A program made the translations under genes and the position numbers. A DNA stretch of 49,743 nt, counting the filler, from Bipalium vagum (taxonomy: Eukaryota), in assembly GCA_037834085.1 (NCBI GenBank). It is 2 parts of 2 records of this genome, joined end to end, with 100 filler letters (N's around TTAATTAATTAA, not from the genome) between each part and the next. Parts side by side here need not be neighbours in the genome. Positions count along the whole stretch, not along the records: positions 31,843 to 49,743 come from JBBMKC010042909.1; 1 more part is not named here. One strand, 5' to 3'. The first letter of the stretch is position 1. Each line of letters begins with the position of its first letter. Shown in pieces: positions 36,200-49,580 of this stretch. The notes under the pieces were generated by a model, which worked only from the letters and a program-made list of their open reading frames with translations, did not search any database and was not told the DNA's origin.

Positions 36200-36930
36200 T
36201 AATCTCCAGTGCCTGAAACAAAGTCATATTCCAGAGTTGAACAATTGTGCAATGTCTATTCGTGTACTCTGCTCGTTTACAAATGACTGTTTTGTCGGGC
36301 TTTTTTAAAGTTCATTTGTTCTTACTAAGTCAAATAAGTACAAATCGACTTCTTGTCTCAGAAGGGTCATCTTGTTTTTTGATGCAATGTTTTTCATTGA
36401 TTGTGATAATAAGAATCTATTTTACCATTGTTCACATGGTTGGACGTCTTATGTAACTATTGATTTATACAGCTAAAAATACAGTCAGTATCAACATCAC
36501 TCCTGAAGAAATCCAAACCTCTGGTTGCACAAAATTCCCATTCAAAATTGGTTTGTGATATGCCATACTCGTCCATTGTATATTTGATTACTATATCTGG
36601 GAATGTCAAGCCCAGGGAATGTCAATAAATGCCCCAAACTACAAGACTCACTGTCTTTAACAGAGACTTGTTCGTTTTTGTTGAAAAATAATACCCTGGA
36701 CGAAACTGCATTTTCTGGCCTGACATCATGCAGTTTCAAGTTTTCGTTATCTGGAATACAAAAAATCCATGTAATGAAGAAGTGCAACAATCCAAATAAT
36801 GTCCCTCAGTGCCCTCCCATTGAACATGAAGAGATCAAAAGACGAGTTTTCGATAACAAGTTTCATCCACAGTCAGCAGCTCAACTTAAATTGCATCTTT
36901 GTGCAGTCATGGATGAATTGGTACTTATAT
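36200..36930 (+). mobile_element. Second DD37E-type transposase remnant, more decayed
   Basis: TPEEIQT...TKFPFKIGL*YAI...SINAPNYKTHCL*QRLVRF, CIFWPD, and NNPNNVPQCPPIE..IKRRVF (NPPNVPQ.RPIE motif). Confidence 0.75.
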
Positions 36931-37920
36931 GGGAGAAAAGTGATTCTTATAGGTATTTTTAAGGTGGTGGGTTCTTTTTATGTGTAATTTTTCTGAGCGG
37001 TAATTCCTGAAAACTCTACACATATTCCAACACCCCTTGTTTACTCCGAGACACAATTTAAGGTCTTATATTCTTATCTGAGATATGGTTTCAATTGCTT
37101 TTTGACGTAAAGCACATGGAATAGACAAAAGGGTGATGTGTAGGGGGAGTTGGGAAATACACCATCTAGACTCAAGTTTTGTTTTTTTTATATTTATTGG
37201 AAGGTTATTTTTCTTGTGTATTGTAAGTGAACGGGAAGAAAATCAGCGCAGCCGAAGACTGGCGAAATCAGGTAATTTTCTTATTGTTTTTGAGCGCACT
37301 CTGCCTGGTGATGATTGCCAATAAAGAAACCAAGAACACAATGCCAATATAAGCCGATGAAGGGCGAAACAAAAATAAAACATAGGACGATAAAAAAGGC
37401 AGAACATAAAAACAATTGCGAATTTAAAAACAGTATTAAATGATGATGAAAAAGCGTATCATAAAATAAATGTTGATTATTTTTTCATTCTCCTCCTTAC
37501 TATACTAACTTTTGTAGTAAAGTACGGGTCCTGGTTGACAAAGCATACCCAGATGGATTGTCTGTTCATAAATAACATGTTGTTATATTTATGTTCTTTA
37601 ACATATTCATTACTCTTACTTTTCAAAACTATAAAAATAAAATTCTACGAATCAATTATACACACCTTATGCAGTTAACATCAGTTAATCTGAATATTCC
37701 TTTAACCTTGAATAAATTACCTACAGGTTTCAGTAGGTTCAGAAAAATTTCTTGTTCAAGTAATTAGAAGAAACATGATTTTAATGTATTATAAAATGTG
37801 CCACGAAATTAAATGTTAAGTCAATCTTAAAATTGTCTGTAAAATGTTTATGTTTTATGTTAATTCAATATTCTAAGGTATAATTTATAATTAATTTTGG
37901 TTCGCTTTTGAATTTTAACA

Positions 37921-38412
37921 TATTAGGCAACCGATAAAGTTCGTGAGTTTTTTGCCTATATTTTTTTATTGATAGGAATTATTTATATTTTGTTATTTGG
38001 GTTAGGTAATATATTTTCTTTCAAGTAATTTATAAAAATTTATCAATACTTGTTTAGACGCTCAGTTACATAAATAAAAATGGCCTCAAAAAAGTGATAA
38101 TAATAGGTTGCATACTCTATGAGTACAAGCTTGGCAGCAAAGATAGGTATCGGGTTTTGGAGATGATGCTGTAAGTGATTGGACAGTTCAGAAGTGGTTT
38201 AAAAAGTATTCATCGGAGATTTCAGCTTTACCGATGAAACACGTCCTGGAAGGCGAAAGGTCATTGATAACAATAATCTAGAAAAATGGTCGAGGTAAAT
38301 TAAAGTACAATGTGCTTTGAAAAATTAAATTTGAGCAATGAAACCATTCGGATTCATCTTCATCTGATGGGGAAAAAGTGAAAATAAAGCAAATGAGTCA
38401 AACATGATTTAT
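37921..38412 (+). mobile_element. Mariner 5' fragment
   Basis: TIR tattaggcaaccgataaagttcg, ILYEYKLG, FGDDAVSDWTVQKWFKKY.SGDFS.TDE.RPGR, TIRIHLHLMGK..K...*VKHDL (WVPHEL-like). Confidence 0.85.
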
Positions 38413-38897
38413 GATTTCATTCATACCATTATTTTCTATTAATTTGATTTTTGTACTTTCTTTTAGTACTTAAATCAATTTATAATCATTTTGCCATTGA
38501 ATTTAGTTTGTGATTGATTTTTTAATTATAGGTTTTAATAAAATAAAGATTAGTGATTATTTTGATTCATTGAGGGTTATTGTGAGTAAAGTGTAATACA
38601 GTTATTTTGATTCACGAACACAAAAATAATTCAAAAACAAGTCAGAGTTTACGAGGACAACGTTAAATTTTAAGTATAATAGTAACAGAAGATCATTTGA
38701 ATATTGAAAAATCAATAAAATATTGTTTCAAAGCATTGTTAAAGGGCTACGAAACTCGATGAACGGAAATTTTTTAGAATACCATGAAAGATAAAGTTTA
38801 CCATTTATATCATTTTTCGAAAATAAAACAATATAAAATTAAAACAATTATTTATTATAGTCTACGTTAAACATCTTGATAATCATCTATGAGATTG

Positions 38898-41800
38898 TTA
38901 TAACAATAAGACTGTTTCATCTACCTCATGATCTTTTACTTCAAATGATTTTACAGTTCCTAAATTCAAATTATCTTGGTTGACATCAACGGTACCATTG
39001 GATATCGTTATGGGTTTATGGATCAAAGAATTTTGATTGTTATTCTGTTCAATATCCTGAACTGGAGAGCTTTGTCTGGAACCTAAAGATATATTTTAGA
39101 TTTTTAATATATAATAGAATAGAAATTTTAATAAAATATTAAAAATTTTCAACAAAATGTAATATGAAATTTTTGTTATTTTTTATTTTTACCGGTCTTA
39201 AATTTAATAATTTTTTAATTATCTTGAATTTTTTTAAATTATTAAAATATGACATTAGTGTAACATATTGTATGATTTCCACAATTTTCTGAATTCAACC
39301 TTTTTGCTACAATTGAATTTCTATCTAATTTTTAAAAAAGCCAGATGCACAATTTCCATGACATTGTAATATTAAGATTTAAATCATATTTTTCGGTTGA
39401 GATCTGATTTAATTATCGCATTTAAAAGTTTTTTATAATTCTGAAATCTGGAAACTTTGGAGCTCCATGTAGCAACTTTAGAACTTTAGCGTATCATCTG
39501 ATAGCCCGGATAATTCTGCTGTGTTTCGTACCTTAGACAGTCAAATCAAATTATTGAAGCCGGTGTTATCTAAGGTCGATGACACTATTACGAGGGTTAG
39601 AAAATCCAGTTGACATTGGTGCCATACTTTTTGCTCCAATGGGGTTGATGCTCGCTAATGAATTGCAGTTGCCAGACAATCATTGTTACGTCTATTGGTG
39701 TGCTGATTGGCAGATATGTGAAGCGAATAACATTTCCTGGTAATCAGAAAGTCGTCAAAATATGCAACAGTTAAATCAAAATAGATCTACATCTTTTTAT
39801 TTTCCGAAAGATTTTTAAACTTTCTCAAAGTATGATTGCATTAAATATACGGTAAAAAATTTCAAAAGCCTTGATTTAATAATGAAATTTTTGCATTTTC
39901 AGACCATTTGTATATAAATTAATTATTTCTTAATATTTTTTTTACTAAATTTCCGATTTTCTTCTAATTTTTTACATGTATCAATAGTAAAGTATTTCAA
40001 AAGTATATAGTCTTCTGAGAGCAGAGATAATCTATGGCTAAGTTTTATTTAATTTCATAACCCTTCTATCATTTCTTGAAATATTATTAACAAATGATAA
40101 GCAAAATATTCTGTCGTTCATTGTTAGAGATTTCAACATTATTTCTTAGGGAACATGTTTTTTAAATTATTGTCTTACATCATTAACAAGTCTCTGGTAT
40201 CTTACAATGAAAAGATCAGACTAAAAAATAGTAAAATAAAAATAACATAACCATAACAACATACGAGTTTCTTGCAACTTGACTCTAGCAGAAGATGCTC
40301 GAACATTACCACTATTAATTGGTTGCCGTGGGTTCATTCGTACGGATGATTTCGGGCGATATGTAGCAAAACTACGAGCCTGATTTCTCTGGTAAAAAGT
40401 TATAAAACAATTGAAAAAGTATTTGTAATTGTTATTTAAGTAAAATGTTTGAAGCATCATTCAAATCTCTTGATTAGAAACAAGGTCATAAATATTTATA
40501 AATATAAATAATTTTTAGAAAAATATTAATTAATAAAATCATTTAACATTGAAAAAAAGTAAATATCTCATTGCTGTTCATTCTCATGTTAAACAATTAT
40601 TCTATCTCTAAAATATTACTTAAGTGGTTTTTGTTTAATTCTGTATTACAATTACTTTAAAATTAATTTTATTTCATTAAGTATTATATATACACTCAAA
40701 ATGATTAATTAAAACAAGACTTATCGAAATTTTTAAAAATAATATTGGTGAATGATTCTTGAAAATGATTATGAAAGAATTTATGAAGAGCTCTTAAAAA
40801 TTCAATATATTATACAGACAAGTTCTATTCAAATATATCTTGTAAGTGTTCAACAGAATTTATTGATTGATTGATTTTTTAATTTTCAAATCATTTGTGA
40901 AATCATTATTTAATCCATCAATTAATATTCTATCGAATTCTAACTGGTAATTTCAATCAATAACCCAAAATAACATAATAAAACTTCGTGTTATTATCAT
41001 TAAATAATTAGGATTCTTTCAAAAATGTTTGCAAACCTGTGTTTCTTATGTCGACAGCTGTTCAAATTATATTAATTACAAATATAAATTATCAATCGTT
41101 TTTCATTTTAAATGTAAATAAAAAAAATTCCGGTTAACATCATGATATTTTTACTACAAATAAAATTTATTGACAACTGATCCTTTTATTTCATAAGTTA
41201 AATTTTATTATTGATTTGAAATATTTTATTAAGTTTTAAAGATGAAAATAAAGTAAAAAAATCACTGTTACAAAATATAAAAATCCGATCCAGAGAAGCA
41301 GAGAAAGAAGCCTTAGTTAATTTATGTAAATTTAGAAATTTAAATATAAATAATTTGCAATAGAAAAGTGACAAATAGGTAAATAAATAAATAAATAATT
41401 TAGCCAGACCAATTGAAGATATTTGTTGACCATCCTCGACTTAGAAACTGAAGTTCATTGATTTTTCTTTATTCTTTAAGTGAGAAATAAATTTCCATAA
41501 AATAATGTTATCAGTAAATATTTTCGAAAGTCTCATATTTTATTTTTTTAAGAAGATAATTAACTTTTTCAGAAATTGTACAATAAACAATGTCAAAAGA
41601 GACATAAAATATACACGTCGTTATTACAAAAGATTATATTGAAATAATAAAACAAAATTTCAAAAGCTATTTAAGAATATTGCTTCAATACCGAGACGAA
41701 TTCTTTATAATTACCATTAGAAGTTTCAAGGGTTTCTTGGAGTTCAGACCTGTTTGAAAAAGTCAACCTTTCTGATTATCTCATTCTTGTTATACTCGAT

Positions 41801-44800
41801 TCAGAATTAAGTCAGCAACAGAGTGAAACCGCGTGGACGGAAGTTTGTAATCGATAGTAAACACGGTTATTATTTGACTCAAAAAGATTTGTATAAATTA
41901 TCTTTTAACGGCTACGTGACAAACAAAATTTTAATACTTCTTTAATTAAAAGTAAAGATTTTTCTTTTCTGGAAAAATCCTGAATGAGATTTACGTTTCT
42001 TCCATGTAATTCTGCAGAAAAACGAGAGCTAGTTATAAAAATTTAATTTCCTGACAATTATTAACGAACTCTCTTTACAATAACAGCTGATTGTTGGTGA
42101 TTTAATTTGTTGCTGAGAATTTTAATTTAAATTCCAATTTCACTGATATCAGATTCATCATAATAACATAATTCGTTAAAATGTTTTGTCAATAAAACCT
42201 TTTTAGTTTTATCTCTTTATTAAAAAGTGCACGAGTATACTTTTCAACCCAATATTAACTGTACTTTAGCACAAAAACTATTTTATTGGGATTCAAAGTT
42301 CGACTGAACTTCAGTATTTGTAATTCAATTTTTGACAAGGATTGTCTTCCACTTGTACTGGATTCCATAGAAATTTGATGCAAACTTTACATAATGAAAA
42401 ATTGTGCAAAATAAAACAAAACATAAAAGAGGATACATTTATAAAATATATAATTTTGAGAAATTTACTGCTTGGGTTGGGGTCACTGGAGGAAACTTAT
42501 CATTTTTCGATTGATCAGCCAATGTAGTCTGACTTCGGTCAAGTCGACCTTTATAAATATGCCCATCGATTCCTTGCAATTCAAGTTCCTCTCTTATACA
42601 ATTTTATTAAAAAAATAATTATAACAATGACATACTTTACTGCTTTTGGACGTGAATCTTCTTCAGGAAATGAGTTGCTGAATAAAAATTTTTAATATTC
42701 CATAGAAAAACTGCTTAAAATTATTACTTAACACTACCTGGTCTAGCAATTTTCTTTGAGGGATAAACAGTGCCACCACATGGACGAGATGGTTGATAAA
42801 CGTCAATTATATCAGCTCCATAGCTAATTATGAAAGCAAATTATTCATTGAGATACATGTGAATTATGAGTTAGATCTAGCAGATTGTTTTAGGGTAGCT
42901 ACAGATGAAATTAAAATAAAAAGCAAGTCTGCACTGTATTAAGTCTATAGAAAACGTTTACATTTTAGCAGCTGTTACCTGAAATATTTTGGGTTTCCAA
43001 TTTGAACATCTTGAGAGCTAATTGAAAAAGGATCATAAAGTGGCAGTCACTACATCTTAGTAAAGTTATATCATACTCCTTTCAGGTGAAATTCATACTT
43101 AGGTTAGTAAATCATTAAAAGTATTTAAAATATATCCAATGGGTAAACTGAACATAAAATACCGACTAAGTATATTTAAAAATATTAAAATTACACGGGG
43201 AATTCATTAATTTAGTATTATATGAAAGTTAAATTAAAGATATATGATCGAATTCACGAAGCTTCAATGTCAAATTAAGTACATAAATTGCTTACCTAAC
43301 CATATTCAGATAATCCAAGGGTTCTAAATTGTTTAGTTATGAATTTCATTACTATGACAATTTCATAATGAATAATGAATGAATGAATAAATAAATAATA
43401 TAATTTAAAATTATATTCTTTTTACAAATATTTACTGAGTTCAGTTTCAAAAATTTCGCATTTTATTCTTTTCTTATGAGTCTAGCTATTAGGTCTACCG
43501 GAAAGTTCTGTCAGATTTTTAAGTAAAAGAAAATGAGTCTTTAACAGGTTTTTAAATATTTATTCAATAACGTAATTCCCATTATTATTAACAACTTCTT
43601 CCCATCTCGAAGGTCTTTGTTTTGTTCTTAGATTTAAAAACTTCTCCAACTCATTTTTCACATCTTCATTCATTTTAAATATTTTTCCATTGAGGAAATT
43701 CTAAAGCGCCAAAAAAATGGTAATCAGATGGCGCTAAATCGGGAGAATATGGTAGTTGGATTAATATTTCCCAATTAAGTTCTGCTATTTTTGTTTGGCT
43801 TACAATAGAAACGTGTGGCCTGCAGCAGTACAGCTTGGTTCCTATTGATTGGAGCTGAACGTTCAGTTCGGCTGCTACTCTGTCCAACATCTGGTAGTAT
43901 TTGTCTGAATTCACAGTTTCGTTTATCCTCAGCAATAAATAATAAATGGGACCTCGCATATCCCACCATATGAATAGCAATCTCTTTTTGACATGTAAAG
44001 CTTAAGATATCACTGGAGCTGTTGCCAGAGTTTACAATAGGCTCTTTTTCTTATTACATTATTGAATTTTATCCATTTTTCATCGCATGTAACCAAGCGA
44101 TGCAAGAAAGATTCATTTTTATGACGAGAGAGTGTCGCACTTCAACCTTTTAGTCTCTTGGTCATCTGATAGAAGTGAAGATGTTCTTTGAGATACGAGT
44201 CTGAATTCTTCATGTTTAATTATTCTTCCGACACTAGTTATTGAACGTTAATCTTCTTTGAAATGTCACAGATACTACTGGAGCAATGTTTAAGAATGGA
44301 ATTTGTTACTGACACCCGTTCTTCAAAGTTTTCAATACAAGTTTTTTTCCAACCTTGTTTTATTGTCACTTTCAAAAACTTATCCCGCAAATATATATAG
44401 ATTTCATTTACGTCGATTAAATGCCTTGGATAAATCTTTGATCGTTGCGTATTTTCGTCCCACTTTCCCAACTTAACTAGTAATCAGTCATAATTGAATA
44501 ATAAAAGCATTTTATCTTTTAATTATAGAGCTGAAATTTAAAAAGTTTGCTTAAAATCAAACAAAAATATCTATTTAAAACAACATCTAACTCATTTGAT
44601 GAAAGTTGATAAAATACCAAAACAAACTTTTTAAGGTTTAGGGGTAATATATAAATATTTCTCCATATCATTTATAAAGCTATATTTTGAAATTCAAGTA
44701 ATAATTTTAGTTTTTAGTGTATATATTATATATTTAATAATTTATTTATTTTATATGTTTAAAACAAAAAAAATTAATAAAAACACTGGAAGTAAAACTA

Positions 44801-47800
44801 GAAATTGCTTTAAAATTATTTATTAGCACAACTTCATTAATATTAACCTGAAATCCCGTATCTAAAATCAATTTTTTTGGGAAGAATTGTTTATAAATAA
44901 TAGAAAAATGTATTTTTTGTTAATGAGAAGAGATCAAAGAAATCTAACAGAAGGTTCAACATTCACTATTGGATTATTTAGTATTTATTTTGAACCTATT
45001 TATTAATTGGTAGTTTTTATGAATTATTAATGATTAAAAAATTTAAGTTTTGAGTAATAAAATTTTTCAATCACTTCTTTTAATTTTAATCTCTTTACAA
45101 TTTTCTTAATTCCAAATGACAAGTAAAAGAAAATAATGATTGAACTTTTAAGAAGCCAGATATTTTAAAGACAATCACAATCCAATATATTCTTAGTTAT
45201 AAGGATTATTTTATTTTATTGGAGTGAAACAGGGAAATAGATAAATATACCTTTTCATTTGTTGTCGAATACCTTCTAAGTCATAAGTAATATATGGCTT
45301 TAAAGATCTTGTAGTAGACAACCCTTTCTGATCAGGATATGTGGTACTGTGGTTTATTCTAAACAATCCAATTATAATGATTTTTTTATTTTAAGAAATT
45401 AAGTAACCCTTGAGATAAAATATCTAAAGGCCTGTCACACGAAATACAATGAAAGTGTTGTAATAACTGTTTTCTAAACCCTGCAGCATCATCTTCAGAT
45501 AATCCGCCTGCATTTCTAACATTCTTCAAGCCATCTGCTAATTTACGAAATCTCTTTTCAAACCATTCTTTCAAGGAATTTAAATCATCCTTATCAACTT
45601 TACCATTTACATCTTTTGATAACTTTAGAAGACTTTTTAATTCTTCTTCCTATTTAATAAAAACATGAAATTATTTCTAGTTAATTAACAGACAGCTGAA
45701 AGCAATTTCTTCAAAAGGTCATTTATTAAACTTTTTAGGCTTTCGGTTGTTTCATCGAAGAGAGAAGTGCTTAGCTTTGTGTCTAAAAGGATGGTATCAG
45801 CTTTCTGAAATAAAATATAAAATGATGATTATGCATAATATCGCAATCTATATATTTCTATATCTAATATAAGTAAAAATGTAACGAAAAACTTTATAAA
45901 AGTGATCACACAGAGCATAAATTTATAAATATCAAAAGAGCCTGGTGAATTATCAATTAAATTACAAAGATCATTAGGTAAAAATTTTTAGTCCATCACT
46001 AATAAAATGAGTACATGCAACATATATATAAGGTAAATTAGGATAAGCTTGTTTTTCATGCAGACTGTAACTGCATTCCTCAAAATTTCACTGATAGTAA
46101 TAGTATGGATTATTTAGATGATTGTTCTAATCTATTAGGTAGCTAACAGGATGAAAATGTTTTCGATCGGCTAATAACTGGTAATGAGAGATGGATTGCG
46201 TAAAATAATATTGTGTATAAATGAGTTTTTTGTTTACCTGATCAAGCCCCACCCTTTATTGTAAAGTTCAATATTAAATTAATTATAATATAATAGATCA
46301 TTATTAATTATTAAAATCTATGCTGTACATCTGATGAAATAACGATGTCCAATTTATAACGAGTTACTTCTTAAAAGTGAAACTATCACAGTTAATGTTT
46401 ACCAGAAATTAACTGACATGAATGTGTTATTCTGCTAAAAGATAGCACCTAAAGGCAGATGAAAACTTACTGAGAAGTTCTGGTACATCTAATATATAGC
46501 CCAGATATTGGTCCATCAGATTATGGTTTCGATCACATTTTATATGTGAAAAATCATTTAAAACAGATAACGGTGTTAAAAATTTATTAAAACAATTTTT
46601 TCTGTTCAAAATTGAAGAATTTCATTCAAGGGACATTGATTTGGGGCTAAGATGGTTAATGGTCATGTATAATCTTGATTATTATTTTAATGAATAGTAC
46701 ATTTTTCTACATAAGATCCGAAATTTATTTAGGACCAGGCTAATATTAATAAATTTAACTGAGTAAAATAAAATTGAAGTGAAACCAAAAAATAAATAAA
46801 ATCAAATATTTCTATTACAAATATTACCTTCTTAAAATAGTAACAGAAATTAATAAAATGTTTTCGAAATATTGCAAATTATAAATAGATCTATTTTTTC
46901 TTATTTCATTCTAAAATTTTCAAGATAAGAAATTCAATAAACATGGACTGAAGTTGGCAATGTTACGAAGCCATAAAACAACGGGTTCTTTTAATATAAT
47001 ACTTACCTGTTGATATTCAGCTAACACAAATTTTAATTAATAATCAACCAATACAAATTGTTAGAATATATAAAAATGTTTCAGAAAAATAATTACCATT
47101 TATGCTATTATATTATAATTCAATGTGTATGCACATCAGGTGTCGTCTTAAATATTTACAATTACAATATTTAATAAACTTCATTTTTACTATATTTGAA
47201 TAGAACAATAAATTTGATTTTCCATGAGAAAAATAGGTTTAAAAAAGGAAAATATATTATTATATAATTTCTAATCTTTTCATTATTTTATCCTATTTTT
47301 TATTATTCTAATTTATAAAAATATTCCATACTTATAGTACTAAGCTGTTTTATGTGACGGTCACGTTATCATGGTTTCCAATAATTCAGAGACAAATAAA
47401 TCACACACTAAGGCAATATAATTTATCATTCTCCAACAAATAAACAATTACATTACCCAATTAATTCAAAAATGTTTTATTTTCAATCAATCAAAAAATA
47501 TTTAACGCCTCCCAAATCGTATTCAAATACGTTTAGAACTGCAATATAATATCAATAATACAATAGATCAAAAACTAATACTGCTTAAAGTGTTAAAATA
47601 ATCAAATAGGAATACTAAGAGTAACAAAATAAAAGACGTAATGAATATTAGTGACGGCAGTTCTGTTAGTACAAAATGATATAATTATATACTATAAATA
47701 ATTAGCTAAACTACGCTAACTCATTTTAGGTACTTGTCACAGGACTCTAAAATTCATTATTTTTCATTTACAGACAAATCCACACGCTTCATATTTATTT

Positions 47801-48568
47801 TTGAATCCACAAATTTTAAAACTGTAAAATTTTTAATTTGCTTACAATAAATGCCTTATTTCTAATTAATTTAAATAGAAATATTTGGGACCTGATGTTT
47901 TTGATAACATTAACCGTGATCACGTGAAGCAGATTCTACTGTTTTAAAATATTATTTAATTTTTTTCTAATTAAAATCATCTCTTATATTTCAATATTTC
48001 ACTATTATTATTACCATTGTTACTAGGTCGAAAAATCAACAAATTTTTTATTAATGATTTAATTGATCATACTTTTATATAATCATGTCGTCAGATTTAA
48101 CAGATAATATATATATTTTTAACGGATATATATTTATATTTTAATTTATTTTTATTTAGAAAAGGGATTATGATTTTAATGATGTACTCACAAGTTTCAC
48201 TTCTTTAGAAATTATTTAATGGCCTATCAAACATGCCATCTTATTTAATAGATCTATGAATTGATTGAAGATTGATTATAATAAATATTTATTAATTATT
48301 ACACCGAAAATTAAAATGTTACCATTTTCAATAATTCATCCATGTCCTGGATATCAGCTTTTCTATGATCATGGTCTTTGATAGCTCCAAATGCTTCCTG
48401 TATTTTCAATATAAGTTTTTCAAAATATAAAATTGCTTATATTACTTCTATTTTAAGCAATAAATCTTTGTTTTCAAAAGAGATTTTGTCCAATGTGTCA
48501 TTGAAAATGTTCATTTTATGTTGTAAATCAATTAGATTTTCTTTAATTTTTAAAATGTCTTCAGAATC
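38898..48568 (-). CDS. QRICH2: QRICH2-like / DUF4795 coiled-coil protein, last 10 exons (5' part lies beyond the window)
   Basis: Exons in transcript order: 48568-48446, 48397-48323, 45804-45694, 45649-45408, 45358-45251, 42823-42728, 42677-42636, 42592-42469, 40388-40265, 39082-38898. All GT-AG and phase-consistent. Motifs KADI..., KADTILLDTK.S..LFDETTE, AAGFRKQLLQHFHCISCDRPL, LKPYITYDLEGIRQ, RPCGG and EELELQGIDGHIYKGR match the QRICH2 C-terminal region. Confidence 0.88.
39330..39800 (-). mobile_element. Possible reverse transcriptase remnant (DIRS/Ngaro-like), intronic
   Basis: VAYFDDFLI at 39742-39768, followed with a frameshift by PIGAKSMAP..LDFL.LVI, reminiscent of the DIRS-type 'P...KS..P...L.FLG..I' segment. 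Confidence 0.35.
43488..44480 (-). mobile_element. Mariner DD34D remnant, intronic
   Basis: TIR tattaggtctaccggaaagttctgtc, SFLHRLVTCDEKWI, LFIWWDMRGPIYY, LNWEIL.QLPYSPDLAPSDYHFF. Confidence 0.9.
46060..46745 (+). mobile_element. Mariner remnant, intronic, antisense to the host gene
   Basis: FDRLITGNERWI.*NN, YNELLLKSETIT...Y, YSPDIGPSDY. 3' TIR ...atttaggaccaggctaata. Confidence 0.8.
47335..47941. mobile_element. Possible Tigger-derived MITE, intronic
   Basis: The right end (reverse complement cagtagaatctgcttcacgtgatcacggttaatgttatc...ggtcccaaatat) is Tigger-like. The left end tagtactaagctgttttatgtgacggtcacgttatc is a weak match. Confidence 0.4.
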
Positions 48569-48645
48569 CTTAAAATTTAATATTTTATGAAAAATAATAA
48601 AAGAAATTTAAATAAAAAACATAAGATTAAGTTAATAAATAAAAT

Positions 48646-49580
48646 AATAGGTTGGTGCATAAATAAGTCTTGTTTTCAGACAAGAATCAAACTAAAATTG
48701 TTATTAAAAATCACATTTAATGAGAGAATTGTTTCCGTTCTGTTCCACTTAGGCTGCTTTGAAGTAACCTAAAAAGGTGATAATCAGTTGGTACAAGGTC
48801 GGAAGAGTATGATGGATGGCCTAAAACATAAAATTTGACTTCCTCAAACTTGTTTCTGGTGGCCAGAGACAACTGTAGTTTAGCATTATCTTACTGCAAA
48901 ACAAAAACCTTTCTGTTGTCAAATGCAGGGCGCTTTTGTTCGACGGCTTCAATTCACTTACTTGTGAACAGTATTTATCTGAGTTAATAATATCCTTATC
49001 AGATAAGAGGTCATACAAGATTATTCCCTTGCAGTCCCACCAAATAAATATCATTATCTTCTGTTGGTGTAAACTGGCTTTGAAACTAGATGGCGGAGAT
49101 TCTCCAATCTTAGACCATAATCTCTTGCGTTTAAAATTATTATACAAAACTAAATTTTCATACCATGTGACCAAGGGCTTTAAAAACGTGTCTGTGTTGT
49201 TAATTAATCGATCTATTCCTCGGTTATTTCATGAGGTACCCATGAATCGAGCTTGCCAACCATTCCAAGTTAGTGCAATAGTCTATATACTGTTGAGTGA
49301 TTTATTCTATAAGTGTTACCCATCATTCGCGTTTTTAGATGCCGGTCATTTTCAATTAGCCTTAATAAAACCATGTCAGAAGTGCCAACAGGTCTCCCGA
49401 AAAGTGGGGCGTCGGAAAGATCAAATTTTTTGTTTAAATTTTTGAAACCAATTTCGAGTCGGGGAAATATCAACTGAATCTTCGTAGTACACGTCGCATA
49501 TTTTCTTTGTCGTTTGGGCATCATTTTCCTATTCCGAAAGAAAAACACCATGAAGTGACGAAAATGCACTTTATTTTGAA
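48646..49580 (-). mobile_element. Mariner (mellifera/Famar1-like) remnant, intronic
   Basis: HFRHFMVFFFR, FDLSDAP..GRP, KLDSWVPHE, FLKPLVT, VLYNN.KRKRLWS, LHQQKIMIFIWWDCKGII.YDLL, SYSSDLVPTDYHL. TIR taggttggtgcataaataag. Confidence 0.9.

Noticed and set aside
37345-37375. gccgatgaagggcgaaac as a minimal hammerhead ribozyme
   Set aside because: The core is CCGAUGA rather than CUGAUGA, and stems I-III cannot be formed. The region may be an LTR relic after a purine tract at ~37141.
37480-37780. Minus-strand segment with an apparent 37-nt GT-AG intron
   Set aside because: No consistent open frame across the junction and no recognisable product.
46827-46829. Possible 3-nt micro-exon (ttttaag|AAG|gtaat) in the QRICH2-like gene
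   Set aside because: The KAD...KAD spacing already matches QRICH2 without an added residue, and nothing else supports it.
46999-47009. ATACTTACCTG, matching the U1 snRNA 5' end
   Set aside because: No U1 stem-loops or Sm site follow. It is simply the complement of a minus-strand donor-like motif.
48936-49445. 169-aa plus-strand ORF, and similar ORFs such as 12156-12470, 32587-32910, 35392-35676 and 48378-48590
   Set aside because: Antisense shadows of transposase, integrase or host exons, with no recognisable motifs.
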